Source: Zoogloeaceae bacterium
GTDB lineage: Bacteria > Pseudomonadota > Gammaproteobacteria > Burkholderiales > Rhodocyclaceae
DNA length: 64,000 nucleotides
NCBI GenBank assembly: GCA_024235595.1
Contig: JACKMC010000008.1
Location: 44,482-108,481, forward strand
Reading direction: 5' to 3'
The notes beneath the pieces were generated by a model. The model was given only the letters and a program-made list of their open reading frames with translations. It had not been told where the DNA came from and ran no database searches. Positions 32,908-44,727 of this stretch are shown piece by piece. The translations under genes and the position numbers were made by a program. Within the stretch, counting starts at the first letter, position 1, and each line of letters begins with the position of its first letter.

Positions 32908-34035
32908 ATGACATCCTCCTTCAATCCCGCTTCGACGCTGCGCCGGACACTGGTCGCGCTGTCGCTTCTCGTCATGATCCTGCCGGCGGCCAATGCCGAG
33001 CGCCTCAAGGATCTCGCCTCGATCGCCGGCGTGCGCGACAACCAGCTGATCGGCTACGGCCTGGTGGTGGGCCTCGACGGCAGCGGCGACCAGACCACCC
33101 AGACGCCGTTCACCGTGCAGAGCATCATCAACATGCTCGGCAACATGGGTGTCACCATGCCGCCGGGTACCAGCCTGCAGCTCAAGAACGTGGCGGCGGT
33201 GATGGTCACCTCCAGCCTGCCCCCCTTTGCGCGGCCGGGCCAGCAGATCGACATAACCGTGTCCTCGATGGGCAATGCCAAGAGCCTGCGTGGCGGAACC
33301 CTGCTGATGACCCCGCTGAAGGGTGCCGACGGCCAGGTCTATGCGCTCGGCCAGGGCAACGTGGTGGTCGGTGGCGCGGGCGCTTCCGGCGGCGGCGCCT
33401 CCAAGACGGTCAATCATCTCTCCGCGGGCCGGGTGCCCGGCGGCGCCACCGTCGAGCGCAGCGTGCCGACTGCGCTCGGGCAGGGCGAGTTCGTCCATCT
33501 CGAACTCAACGACAGCGATTTCGGCACCGCCCAACGGGTGGTCGATGCGATCAACGCCGCGACCTTCCCGGGCACTGCCCAGGCCCTCGACGGGCGGACC
33601 ATCCAGGTGCGCGCACCGCAGGACTCGACCGGCAGGGTGGCTTTCATCGGCCGCCTCGAGAGCCTCGATGTCACCCCGGTGCAGCAGGTCGCCAAGGTGA
33701 TCGTCAACTCGCGCACCGGTTCGGTGGTGATGAACCAGACGGTGGCGCTGCAGAACTGCGCGGTGGCGCACGGCAACCTCTCGGTCACGGTGGGCACCGA
33801 GACCACGGTCAGCCAACCGAACCCCCTGTCCGGCGGGCGCACGGTGGTCGGCCAGCGCGGCGATGTGGACATCCAGCAGGCCGGGGCGAGCCTCATCAAC
33901 GTGCGATCCGGCGCCAACCTCGCCGAAGTGGTGAAGGCGCTCAATGCCGTCGGTGCCAATCCGATGGACCTGATCAGCATTCTCCAGGCGATGAAGTCGG
34001 TCGGCGCGCTGCGCGCCGAGCTCGAGGTCATCTGA
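32908..34035 (+). CDS. flgI: Flagellar P-ring protein FlgI
   Basis: [45 protein letters not shown]. Confidence 0.97.
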   Translation: MTSSFNPASTLRRTLVALSLLVMILPAANAERLKDLASIAGVRDNQLIGYGLVVGLDGSGDQTTQTPFTVQSIINMLGNMGVTMPPGTSLQLKNVAAVMVTSSLPPFARPGQQIDITVSSMGNAKSLRGGTLLMTPLKGADGQVYALGQGNVVVGGAGASGGGASKTVNHLSAGRVPGGATVERSVPTALGQGEFVHLELNDSDFGTAQRVVDAINAATFPGTAQALDGRTIQVRAPQDSTGRVAFIGRLESLDVTPVQQVAKVIVNSRTGSVVMNQTVALQNCAVAHGNLSVTVGTETTVSQPNPLSGGRTVVGQRGDVDIQQAGASLINVRSGANLAEVVKALNAVGANPMDLISILQAMKSVGALRAELEVI

Positions 34036-34081
34036 TGGCCCGCAGGCCGCGCCGTCCCGAAATCATTGCGAGGACCGGACC

Positions 34082-35029
34082 ATGAATGCCCTTGATACCG
34101 CCAACGCACTCGATCCCAACAGCTTCAACGAGCTCAGGCGTCTTTCCCGCGAGAATTCGCCTGCCGCGATCGGCGCCGCCGCCAAGCAGTTCGAGGCCTT
34201 GTTCCTGCAGATGGTGCTCAAGTCGATGCGCGACGCCGGGCCCAGGGACGGGTTCATGGATTCCGAGCAGACGCGGATGTTCCGCTCGCTGCTCGATCAG
34301 CAACTGTCGATCCAGATGGCCCGTGCCGGTGGTACCGGCCTCTCGGAGGCGATCGCCCGCCAACTGGGCGGCACGGTGACTGCTGCGCCAGGCCAGGCCG
34401 GTGGCAGCGGCGATATCTCGGCGGGTTTCGAAGCGGTTGCCGGGTCGGCGATCCGGCAGGCGGCAAAAGCTGCCGCAGGGCGGCAGCGCGACGACGAATC
34501 CTTGCCGGCCGACGCGGTATCCGAGGTGCTGGCGGGCATCGAAGCGGCGGATATTCCACAGGGCGCACGCGACTTCGTCGGAAAACTGTGGCCGCATGCC
34601 ATGGCGGCGAGCCGCGAGACCGGAATCCCCGCGCATTTCATGATTGCCCAGGCGGCACTCGAGACCGGCTGGGGCAAGGCCGAGCTCAAGCATGCCGGCG
34701 GACAGCCCAGCTACAACCTCTTCAACATCAAGGCGGGCCGTAGCTGGGCTGGCGAGACGGTCGCGCTCGATGCGCTGGAATACAGCAATGGCAAGGCAAT
34801 ACGCGAACCTTCGCGGTTCCGTTCCTACGGCTCGTATGCCGAGGCCTTCCGCGACTACGCGCGCCTGCTGAAGGACAATCCGCGCTACGCCGAGGTGCTG
34901 GGCCAGCAGGATGCCTCGGGATTCGCGCGCAGCCTGCAGCAGGCGGGCTATGCCACCGACCCGATGTACGCCGACAAACTCACTCGAATCATTGGCGGCA
35001 ACACCCTGCGCACGGCGCTCGGCGGCTAG
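34082..35029 (+). CDS. flgJ: Rod cap / peptidoglycan hydrolase FlgJ
   Basis: QFEALFLQMVLKSMR, AQAALETGWG, NLFNIKA, GYATDPMYA. Confidence 0.95.
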   Translation: MNALDTANALDPNSFNELRRLSRENSPAAIGAAAKQFEALFLQMVLKSMRDAGPRDGFMDSEQTRMFRSLLDQQLSIQMARAGGTGLSEAIARQLGGTVTAAPGQAGGSGDISAGFEAVAGSAIRQAAKAAAGRQRDDESLPADAVSEVLAGIEAADIPQGARDFVGKLWPHAMAASRETGIPAHFMIAQAALETGWGKAELKHAGGQPSYNLFNIKAGRSWAGETVALDALEYSNGKAIREPSRFRSYGSYAEAFRDYARLLKDNPRYAEVLGQQDASGFARSLQQAGYATDPMYADKLTRIIGGNTLRTALGG

Positions 35030-35042
35030 GTTCTTGTCGACC

Positions 35043-35058
35043 TGGCAAAGGTTTTGCT
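35043..35058 (+). promoter_or_regulatory. Sigma54 -24/-12 promoter of flgKL
   Basis: TGGCAAAGGTTTTGCT, close to consensus TGGCAC-N5-TTGCW, in the flgJ-flgK gap. Confidence 0.75.
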
Positions 35059-35099
35059 TTGGGTTGACGTAAATACCAGGGCAAACGGAGAAACTCACC

Positions 35100-37031
35100 A
35101 TGGCCGGTCTTCTGAACATAGGCATCACCGGACTCAACGCCGCGCAGTCGGCGTTGGTCACCACCGGCCACAACATCTCCAATGCGGCCACCGAAGGCTA
35201 CAGCCGGCAGAGTGTGGTGCTGGGCACCCAGCAGCCGCTGTTTTCGGGGGGCAGCTTCTTTGGCCAGGGCACCCAGGTCGAGTCGGTACGACGCAGCTAC
35301 AACGCCTTCCTCGAAGGGCAGGTCCTCACCGCCGACAGCCAGCGCGCGCAGTTCGCGACCTACTCGACCCAGATCGCCCAACTCGACAACCTGCTGGCCG
35401 ATCCAGACACGGGTCTGTCGCCGGCGCTTCAATCCTTCTTCGATGGCGTGCAGGAAGTGTCTGCCAACCCGAGCAGCGTACCGGCGAGGCAATCGATGAT
35501 CTCGGCCGCGCAGTCGCTGGTGGCGACCTTCCAGTACCTCGATGGGCGGATGTCGGAAATTCGCGACGGCATCGAAGGGCAGATCGGCTCGACGGTGGCG
35601 GAAATCAATGCCTACGCCAGCGAGATCGCCGACATCAACCAACGCATCGCGGTCACCGAATCGGCCGGCACCGGCCAGCAGGCCAACGACCTGCGAGACC
35701 AGCGCGACACCTTGATCCGCGAGCTCAATGGCTATGTGAAGCTCAGCACCGTCACCGAGAGCGATGGGTCGGTGTCGGTCTTCGTCGGCAGCGGTCAGCC
35801 GCTGGTGATCGGCACCAACGCCAGCACCCTGGTGACCCTGCCCTCCAAGGGCGACCCGAGCCGCTCGGCCATCGCCTTGCAGACGCCCGGTGGCGGCACC
35901 GTGACGATGCCGGAGTCGCTGCTCGAGGGCGGCCAGCTTGGCGGGCTGCTGGCGTTTCGCCGGGACAGCCTCGACGCCGCGCAGAAACAACTCGGCCTGG
36001 TGGCGGCAGGCCTCTCCCTTAGCTTCAACGCGCAGCACAGCCTCGGCCAGGATCTCGATGGCGCGCTTGGCGGCAGCTTCTTCGGTGAGCTCAGCCCCTC
36101 CGTGCTCGGGGTGGACGGTGCCACCAGCGATGTCTCCGTGGCCTATGGCGACCCCTCCGCGCTGACCGGCGACGACTACCTGCTCACCATCACCGGCGCC
36201 GCGAGCTACACCTTGTCGCGTCGTTCCGACGGAGCCACGGTCAATGCCGCCGAGGTCGGCCTCGACATTACGCTCGGCGCGGGGGCGATTGCGGGTGAGA
36301 GCTTCGTCATCCAGCCGACCCGCTACGCTGCCCAGGACATCTCGGTGGCAATCACCGATACCCGCCAGGTGGCGGTCGCCGACCCGGTGCGCGCCACTGC
36401 CAGTGGCAGCAATGCCGGCACCGCCAAACTCAGCGCCGTGATGACCACCGATGTAAGCGGAATGGATGCGGTGGGCGCGGCCGACGGCAGGCCCGACTTC
36501 TCTGACATCGTCCTCACCTATGATGCAACCGTGCCCGGCTTCAGCATCAGCGGAGCGGCGACGGTCGGGCCGCTGGCCTTCGATCCCGTGAGCGACGCCG
36601 CCGGCAAGGATTTCACGATCGACGGCCCGGGCGGCTTCAGCTTCAGCTTCCGCATCGCCGGCACACCGCAGGCCGGCGATACCTTCACCTTCTCGACCAA
36701 CGACGGCGCGGTCTCGGACAACCGCAACGGCGTCGCGCTGGGCGCGCTGCAACTCGACAAGACGCTGCTCGGCGAGAGCGCCAACTACCAGTCGGTGTAT
36801 TCGCAACTCGTCGCCAGCGTCGGCACCAGGGCCCGCGAGGTGCAGATCGGCGAGGCGGCGCAAACCAGCATGCTGGAGCAGGCGACCGCCGCACGCGATT
36901 CCGTTTCAGGGGTGAACCTGGACGAAGAGGCCGCCAATCTGGTGCGCTATCAGCAGGCCTACCAGGCGTCGGCCAGGGTCATGTCGATCGCCGGCACGCT
37001 GTTCGACGAAATTCTCGCGATCTCGCGATAG
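35100..37031 (+). CDS. flgK: Hook-associated protein FlgK
   Basis: TTGHNISNAATEGYSRQ, NDLRDQRD, SGVNLDEEAANLVRYQQAYQASA. Confidence 0.96.
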   Translation: MAGLLNIGITGLNAAQSALVTTGHNISNAATEGYSRQSVVLGTQQPLFSGGSFFGQGTQVESVRRSYNAFLEGQVLTADSQRAQFATYSTQIAQLDNLLADPDTGLSPALQSFFDGVQEVSANPSSVPARQSMISAAQSLVATFQYLDGRMSEIRDGIEGQIGSTVAEINAYASEIADINQRIAVTESAGTGQQANDLRDQRDTLIRELNGYVKLSTVTESDGSVSVFVGSGQPLVIGTNASTLVTLPSKGDPSRSAIALQTPGGGTVTMPESLLEGGQLGGLLAFRRDSLDAAQKQLGLVAAGLSLSFNAQHSLGQDLDGALGGSFFGELSPSVLGVDGATSDVSVAYGDPSALTGDDYLLTITGAASYTLSRRSDGATVNAAEVGLDITLGAGAIAGESFVIQPTRYAAQDISVAITDTRQVAVADPVRATASGSNAGTAKLSAVMTTDVSGMDAVGAADGRPDFSDIVLTYDATVPGFSISGAATVGPLAFDPVSDAAGKDFTIDGPGGFSFSFRIAGTPQAGDTFTFSTNDGAVSDNRNGVALGALQLDKTLLGESANYQSVYSQLVASVGTRAREVQIGEAAQTSMLEQATAARDSVSGVNLDEEAANLVRYQQAYQASARVMSIAGTLFDEILAISR

Positions 37032-37036
37032 GAGGA

Positions 37037-37954
37037 ATGATCATGCGCGTCACCACCGGCATGGTATTCGACACCGGTATCAGCACCATCCAGAAGCAGA
37101 CCGCTTCGTTGCTGCATACCCAGCAACAGGTTTCCACCGGCCGGCGCATCGTCTCCCCGTCGGACGATCCGGTCGCCTCGGCGAGGGCGCTGGAGGTCGG
37201 CCAGTCGAAAGCGGTGAACGCCCGCTTCAGCGTCAACCAGGGCACGGCCCAGGATTCGCTGGCGCTCGCCGAAAGCCATCTCGGCTCGGTCGAGGACCTG
37301 CTCGCCTATGTGCGCACGCGGGCGGTGGAAGCGGGCAATGGATCGTACAGCCAGAGCGAGTTCGATTCGATCGCCGCAGATCTGCGCGGCCAGTTCGACG
37401 CCTTGGTCGGCATCGCGAACAGTCGCGATGCGACGGGGGACTATCTGTTTGCGGGCTACAAGACCGACACCCAGCCCTTCGTCGGCGATCTCGCCGGGGT
37501 GCGCTACGAGGGGGACCAGGGCGACCGTACGCTGCAGGTGTCGGCCTCGCGCAATATTCCGGTGAGCAGCAACGGTGAGGATCTGTTCGTCAACATTCCG
37601 GGGGCGGGGGCCGGCCGCGACGTGTTTTCGATGATCGCCGATTTCGTCACCGCGCTCGAATCCGGCACCGGTGTGTCGGCTGCCGCACAGACCGCGATCG
37701 GCGAGATGGACCTGGCCCTCGACAATGTCCTCACCAAGCATGCCGCAATCGGCTCGCGGATGGTCGAACTCGATTCGCTGACCTCGATCAGCGGCGATCT
37801 CGACGTTCAGTACGCCAGCACCCTGTCGCGACTCGTCGATGTCGACTACGCGCAGGCGATCAGCGACCTGACCCAGCAGCAGACCTACCTGCAGGCATCC
37901 CAGCAGTCCTACCTGCGGGTGACCGGGTTGTCGCTGTTCGACTACCTGAGCTGA
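37037..37954 (+). CDS. flgL: Hook-associated protein FlgL
   Basis: QQVSTGRRIVSPSDDP, GDYLFAG, DVDYAQAIS, LSLFDYL. Confidence 0.96.
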   Translation: MIMRVTTGMVFDTGISTIQKQTASLLHTQQQVSTGRRIVSPSDDPVASARALEVGQSKAVNARFSVNQGTAQDSLALAESHLGSVEDLLAYVRTRAVEAGNGSYSQSEFDSIAADLRGQFDALVGIANSRDATGDYLFAGYKTDTQPFVGDLAGVRYEGDQGDRTLQVSASRNIPVSSNGEDLFVNIPGAGAGRDVFSMIADFVTALESGTGVSAAAQTAIGEMDLALDNVLTKHAAIGSRMVELDSLTSISGDLDVQYASTLSRLVDVDYAQAISDLTQQQTYLQASQQSYLRVTGLSLFDYLS

Positions 37955-37958
37955 GCTC

Positions 37959-38429
37959 ATGGCGCCCGCAATGCGGCCTCGTCGCCGTGCACTCACGGCG
38001 CTGTACGCCTGCGCGGCGCTGCTTGCCGGATGCAGCAGCGCCGGGCCAGCCCGGACCAGCGCCTGGTTCGCTCCGGCCAGCGTGGCGATGATGATGCAGG
38101 GAAACACCTCGGCATACAGCCTGCTCGGTGCGGGGGTGGCCTATCTCGCCTACGATCCGCTCGCGCCCAACTGGGAGATCATCGAACAGCCGCTCGGCGA
38201 GGGGCATTTCGCGATGCAGCTTCGTCAGCGCAGCATCAACAGCGGTGGCGACGGCGAGGCGCGCCAGGTGGTGGCCCGCCGCGCAAACCTGTTGATGCGC
38301 GACGGCGGCTACAGCGGCTACCGGCTGCTGCGTCTCGAGGAGAGCGTCGAATCGACCCGTCCCTTCGCCCAGCGGGTCGCCGAGGCGGAGATCCGTCTGC
38401 AGCGCTCGGCCACCTTCCCTGAATTCTGA
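37959..38429 (+). CDS. Hypothetical lipoprotein
   Basis: Lipobox LLAGC; starts 4 nt after the flgL stop. Confidence 0.65.
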   Translation: MAPAMRPRRRALTALYACAALLAGCSSAGPARTSAWFAPASVAMMMQGNTSAYSLLGAGVAYLAYDPLAPNWEIIEQPLGEGHFAMQLRQRSINSGGDGEARQVVARRANLLMRDGGYSGYRLLRLEESVESTRPFAQRVAEAEIRLQRSATFPEF

Positions 38430-38437
38430 GCTGCGCG

Positions 38438-40414
38438 TCAGGCCTCGTCGGTGGGCTTGCCCGAGGCCGCCGAGGCCGCAGTGGCCTCGGCCTCGGCGGC
38501 CTTCCTGCGCTCGTTCTCTTCGTGGCGACGCTCCTCGTGGCGCCGTTCTTCGGCCTGGCTCTTCCTTTCCTCGGCCTGGGCCCGGCGTTCTTCGGTATTC
38601 GGCTTGCGTTCGCCCGGCGGTGGCGGGTCCACCAGCGCGATAATGGTCCAGCCGGGACCGGGCTCGAGCGGCACGGCGGTATTGAACACCTCGAGCCTGC
38701 CCTTGGGGTCCAGCGCGAACAGCGGCACCGCCCGGTCACCGTGCACTTCGCGGAATTTTTCGATCGTGAAGGCCTCCGACAGGTTGGTGCGGCGAACCTC
38801 CGCGCCGCGGTGCACCCGTCGTGACAGCTCGACGAAGTTCGCCCCCGCGGCGAAGGCCCCGCGTCCGGTCGCCATCGCGTTGGCACGCGCCCGACCGTTC
38901 GCGCCGGAGCCCTTGCTGCCGACTTCCAGCGCAAACACGTTCTTGGCCCCGAAGTCGCTCCGGAAGCGGGTACAGGCGAGCGCATTGAGGTGCTCGTCGG
39001 CGGTCAGCGCCAGCATCCGGCCCAGTCCCGAGGTGTCCAGATACAGTTCGGCGTGCTCCGAGAGTGGCGTGCCGTAGTAGCTCTTGAGGCCGGCCATGCG
39101 GGCCCGCGAGACGTTGTCCCACTGCGTGTCGGTGAGCGTCACCTTGATCTTCTGCTGTTCGAGTGCGGCGGCGATGGTGCGCGCGAGCGGGTTCGCGCCG
39201 ACGATCAGGAAACCGCTGGAGTCCGGTTCGGAGACCTTCAGCATTCGCGCCAAGGGGCCGGCCGTGAGGCTCTGCAGCACCACCGTGCCGATGATGATCA
39301 CGAAGGTGATCGGCACCAGCAGGTTGGCACCCGCGTAGCCCTGCGATTCGAGCTTGATCGCGAAAAGTGCGCTGACCGCCGCGGCCACGATACCGCGCGG
39401 CGCGATCCACGCAAGCAGCGCGCGCTCGCGCCAGGTGAGGCTCGAGCCCCAGGTGGTGTAGGTGACCTTGAGCGGTCGGGCGATGAATTGCACGATCAGG
39501 AAGACGCCCATCACCGCCCAGCCGAGCTCGGTGAAGCTCGAAAAGTCGAGGCGCGCGGCGAGCAGGATGAACAGCACCGTGATCAGCAGCAGGCTCAGGC
39601 TTTCCTTGAACTCGAGGATCTCCTCGATCGGCACACCCTTGCGGTTGCCCAGGTAGATGCCCATCACCGTCACCGCCAGCAGCCCCGACTCCTCGGCGAC
39701 GGCGTTGGACACGGCGAAGGCGCCAAACACCGCGGCCAGCGTGGCCACGTTGAACAGATAGGCCGGCAGCCAGTCGCGGCGCAGGGCCAGGCCGAGCAGG
39801 AAGCCCGCCGCCAGGCCGATCACGGTGCCCATGCCGATCAGGGTCAGGAACACGAGCAGCGTCTGGCCCAGCGCGCCGCCGGCCTCGGACGAGACGATGA
39901 ACTCGAACACCAGCACCGCCAGCAGGGCGCCGATGGGGTCGATGACGATGCCTTCCCAGCGCAGGATGTTGGCGATCTTGGCATTGGGCCGCACGGTACG
40001 CAGCATCGGCACGATCACCGTCGGTCCGGTGACCACCATGATCGCCCCGAACAGCAGCGCCAGTCCCCACGAGAACCCCACGAACCAGTGCGTTGCCATC
40101 GCGGTGACGCTCCAGGTGACGAGCACCCCGCTGGTGACGAAGCGCCGTACCACCTTCTCGAGCCCGCGAATCTCGGAGAATCTCAGGGTCAGGCTGCCTT
40201 CGAAGAGAATCACCGCAACGGCGAGCGAAACGAAGGGGAAGAGCAGGTCGCCGAGCAGCGCGTCGGGGTCGAACCAGCCGGTGACAGGCCCGATGAGGAG
40301 GCCGGAGAGCAGCAGGAAAAGGATCGCCGGGAGGCGCACGCGCCATGCCAGCCACTGGCATGCGCCACCCAGCGCCATGATTCCGGCGATGGTGAGAATC
40401 GTGTGTTCAGTCAT
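38438..40414 (-). CDS. CPA1/NhaP-type cation:proton antiporter with a C-terminal RCK/NAD-binding-like domain
   Basis: ILFEGSL, VTGPTVI, WEGIVIDPIG, APRGIVAAAVS, LIVGANPLA; charged repetitive tail. Confidence 0.9.
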   Translation of the reverse strand: MTEHTILTIAGIMALGGACQWLAWRVRLPAILFLLLSGLLIGPVTGWFDPDALLGDLLFPFVSLAVAVILFEGSLTLRFSEIRGLEKVVRRFVTSGVLVTWSVTAMATHWFVGFSWGLALLFGAIMVVTGPTVIVPMLRTVRPNAKIANILRWEGIVIDPIGALLAVLVFEFIVSSEAGGALGQTLLVFLTLIGMGTVIGLAAGFLLGLALRRDWLPAYLFNVATLAAVFGAFAVSNAVAEESGLLAVTVMGIYLGNRKGVPIEEILEFKESLSLLLITVLFILLAARLDFSSFTELGWAVMGVFLIVQFIARPLKVTYTTWGSSLTWRERALLAWIAPRGIVAAAVSALFAIKLESQGYAGANLLVPITFVIIIGTVVLQSLTAGPLARMLKVSEPDSSGFLIVGANPLARTIAAALEQQKIKVTLTDTQWDNVSRARMAGLKSYYGTPLSEHAELYLDTSGLGRMLALTADEHLNALACTRFRSDFGAKNVFALEVGSKGSGANGRARANAMATGRGAFAAGANFVELSRRVHRGAEVRRTNLSEAFTIEKFREVHGDRAVPLFALDPKGRLEVFNTAVPLEPGPGWTIIALVDPPPPGERKPNTEERRAQAEERKSQAEERRHEERRHEENERRKAAEAEATAASAASGKPTDEA

Positions 40415-40526
40415 CGAGCGAGTATATTGTGCAAAGCAGCAATTGAGGGGTTCGAGCTGCTCATGATAACCGCTCGGACCGATTCGGCCGCCAGAAGCGT
40501 GGCGGGGTCGGGTAAAATGCGCGGCC

Positions 40527-42338
<1,812 letters not shown>

Positions 42339-42387
42339 GCGACCATTTCGGCCGCGCCGCTGCTTAAACCATTGACGCTCGATACCC

Positions 42388-42848
42388 TCGTAGCGGCGCG
42401 GGCCGGTACCCAGCGTCGCGCTTGGTGCAGCAATCGAGGGCGGAATGCCGGTCCGGGCGGGTGGGGCGGCGGCAGGCGTGGGTTCTGGATTCCGGCCTGC
42501 GCCGGAATGACGAGCGGGTGGGGCTTGAGACGGGGCGGCGGTGGTGATCGGCGGCTGGGGCAGCACGGCGGCCGTATGAAGCACGGGCGTTTGAGTCCGT
42601 CGTAGCGGCGCGGGCCGGTACCCAGCGCCGCGCTTGGTGCAGCAATCGAGGGCGGAATGCCGGTCCGGGCGGGTGGGGCGGTGGCAGGCGTGGGTTCTGG
42701 ATTCCGGCCTGCGCCGGAATGACGATCGGGTGGGGCTTGAGACGGGGCGGTGGTGGTGATCGGCGGCTGGGGCAGCACGGCGGCCGTATGAAGCACCTGC
42801 GTTTGAGTCCGTCGTAGCGGCGCGGGCCGGTACCCAGTGCGGCGCTTG
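42388..42848. repeat. BIME-like array: about 2.2 copies of a 212-bp unit containing five alternating REP-like palindromes
   Basis: Units start at 42388, 42600 and 42812; CTGGATTCCGGCCTGCGCCGGAATGACG at 42485 and 42697; an inverted variant, TCGTAGCGGCGCGGGCCGGTACCCAG, occurs three times. Confidence 0.9.
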
Positions 42849-43015
42849 CAGAGGCACGAGGCGCGGGTGACAGGCTTTGGCGTGAGTTGCGCGACACCAC
42901 GCGTGGGTTTCCGGAGTCCGCCCTGCGCGGGCGCGGGCGGAGGATGAGGCTTGCGGCGGCTTTCGGTGGGATCCGGCAGTCGTACGGGCCCCGGCGCCCG
43001 GCTCCGCACCCGGGT

Positions 43016-43047
43016 CAAACAAAACGGGCGCCCTGCCGGGCGCCCGT
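43016..43047 (-). terminator. Intrinsic terminator after the FKBP gene
   Basis: Minus strand ACGGGCGCCC-GGCA-GGGCGCCCGT followed by TTTGTTT. Confidence 0.8.
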
Positions 43048-43069
43048 GGGCGACTCAGGGCGCTGCGAC

Positions 43070-43414
43070 TCAGCGTACGCCGAGCAGTTCGACCTCGAAC
43101 ACCAGTGTGGCATTGGGCGGGATCACGCCGCCGGCGCCGCGCGCGCCATAGCCGAGTTCGGGCGGGATCGTGAGCTTGCGCTTGCCGCCGACCATCATGC
43201 CTTGCACACCTTCGTCCCAACCCGAAATCACATAGCGCATGCCGAGCGGGAATTCGAACGGGTCGTTGCGGTCCTTGCTCGAATCGAACTTGGTGCCGTC
43301 GGTCAGCCAGCCGGTGTAGTGCACCGTGACGGTCTTGCCCTTCTCGGCAAGCGTGCCGTTGCCGACTTCAAGTTCTTCGAAGATCAGGCCGCTGGGGGTG
43401 GTGGTCTGACTCAC
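43070..43414 (-). CDS. FKBP-type peptidyl-prolyl isomerase
   Basis: [54 protein letters not shown]. Confidence 0.95.
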   Translation of the reverse strand: MSQTTTPSGLIFEELEVGNGTLAEKGKTVTVHYTGWLTDGTKFDSSKDRNDPFEFPLGMRYVISGWDEGVQGMMVGGKRKLTIPPELGYGARGAGGVIPPNATLVFEVELLGVR

Positions 43415-43489
43415 TGGGAATCTCCTCTATTGGGCCCGCGTAGCGGGCGTCTGGGCTGTGGCGCATCGCATGCGCCGGTGATGATCGGC

Positions 43490-44269
43490 TCAGAGCGCGC
43501 CGCGTTCGCGGGCGCTGCGCTCTCGCTCGATCTTGAGAATGTAGCGCTGGATCATGCTCGAGGCGTTGCCCGAGAGGCCCATGAACTGGCAGCCGGCGCG
43601 CAACATGCGGATGCCGTTGCGGTTGGTGATCTCGAAGACGTTGCGCACTTGCAGCCGCGCCGTGACGATGCCGAGGTCGGGCAGCATCAGGCGGCAATCG
43701 TGAAATTCGACCTCGGGCGAAAAGGGCAGGTCGCGCGGGGGGACGATGATGGCGATGCCGCCGCCGCTGATATCGATCACACGGGCCTTGAAGGAGCTGA
43801 TCTCGCCTCCTTCGCCGGGCACCGGGATGGTGCACTCCAGGGCGTGCGAAACCGGCGCGATGAGACGGAAATAGTCTCGTCGCTGCAGGCGCAGCACTTC
43901 GTCGGGCGCCGCGGCGGAAAAGGCGGGGAAGCCTTCGAAATCGATGGCCTGCAGCGGCCCCACGGAAAACTGCACCTTGACCTTGTCGAGCAGGGCGGTG
44001 CAGGCCAGGCTGGCCGCAGCGGCGGCGCGCTCACGGGCCTGCTCGTCGGCAGGCGGGTCGAGCACCAGGCGTTGTCGATCTTCGTCGAAGGACAGCACGC
44101 TGCTGAGGAAGAATTCGCGCGAGCCATCGGGATAGGCCGTGACGATGCAGCGCTTCTGCACCAGTCCCCGCAGGATGACGGCCACTTCGAGGCGGTCGTC
44201 CAGCAGGAAGCGGGAGTAGTCGTCCGACTTGAGCAACTCAATCTGGTAACCGTCGGTAGCTTGCGTCAT
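43490..44269 (-). CDS. ycgR: Flagellar brake protein YcgR (PilZ domain)
   Basis: QRRDYFR (RxxxR) and DISGGG (DxSxxG); YcgR-N domain. Confidence 0.9.
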   Translation of the reverse strand: MTQATDGYQIELLKSDDYSRFLLDDRLEVAVILRGLVQKRCIVTAYPDGSREFFLSSVLSFDEDRQRLVLDPPADEQARERAAAAASLACTALLDKVKVQFSVGPLQAIDFEGFPAFSAAAPDEVLRLQRRDYFRLIAPVSHALECTIPVPGEGGEISSFKARVIDISGGGIAIIVPPRDLPFSPEVEFHDCRLMLPDLGIVTARLQVRNVFEITNRNGIRMLRAGCQFMGLSGNASSMIQRYILKIERERSARERGAL

Positions 44270-44382
44270 GGCCTGTCTGGATTTCCTGAAGACTGGATTC
44301 TATCCCGATCCGCAATGGTAGCGCGGCGCCCGGGTCTCGGGTGTTTCGTCAGGTTTCGCCAAGCAGGATACGGGCCAGCCGT

Positions 44383-44727
44383 TCAGGTTTCGGCGCTCGT
44401 AGGCCTCGGCTTCAGGCTTGCCGGCAGGTCGCGCGGGGTCGGTGGCGGCGGGCTGTCGCCCTGCTCGATGCGGTAGAGCCATGCCAGCAGCTCGGCAATC
44501 GCCACATAGAGCTGGGGCGGAATTCGTGAATCGAGATCGACCTGCATCAGCAGCGACACCATCTCGGGCGATTCATGCACGAACACCCCCGCCTCGCGGG
44601 CGCGCTCGATGATCTGCCGGGCGATCAGTCCGTGGCCCTTGGCCACCACCCGCGGCGCGGCCTCGCCGGCGGTATAGGCCAGCGCTACGGCTTCGGCCTT
44701 GGCGGGGGCTTCCTCAGGTTTCGCCAT
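44383..44727 (-). CDS. Stand-alone FlhB C-terminal-like protein (EscU/YscU/HrcU family)
   Basis: AVALAY...APRVVAKG, IPPQLYVAIAELLAW. Confidence 0.88.
   Translation of the reverse strand: MAKPEEAPAKAEAVALAYTAGEAAPRVVAKGHGLIARQIIERAREAGVFVHESPEMVSLLMQVDLDSRIPPQLYVAIAELLAWLYRIEQGDSPPPPTPRDLPASLKPRPTSAET

Noticed and set aside
42388-42848. Possible CRISPR array
   Set aside because: The linkers are near-identical copies rather than unique spacers, the palindromes alternate in orientation, and no cas genes are present
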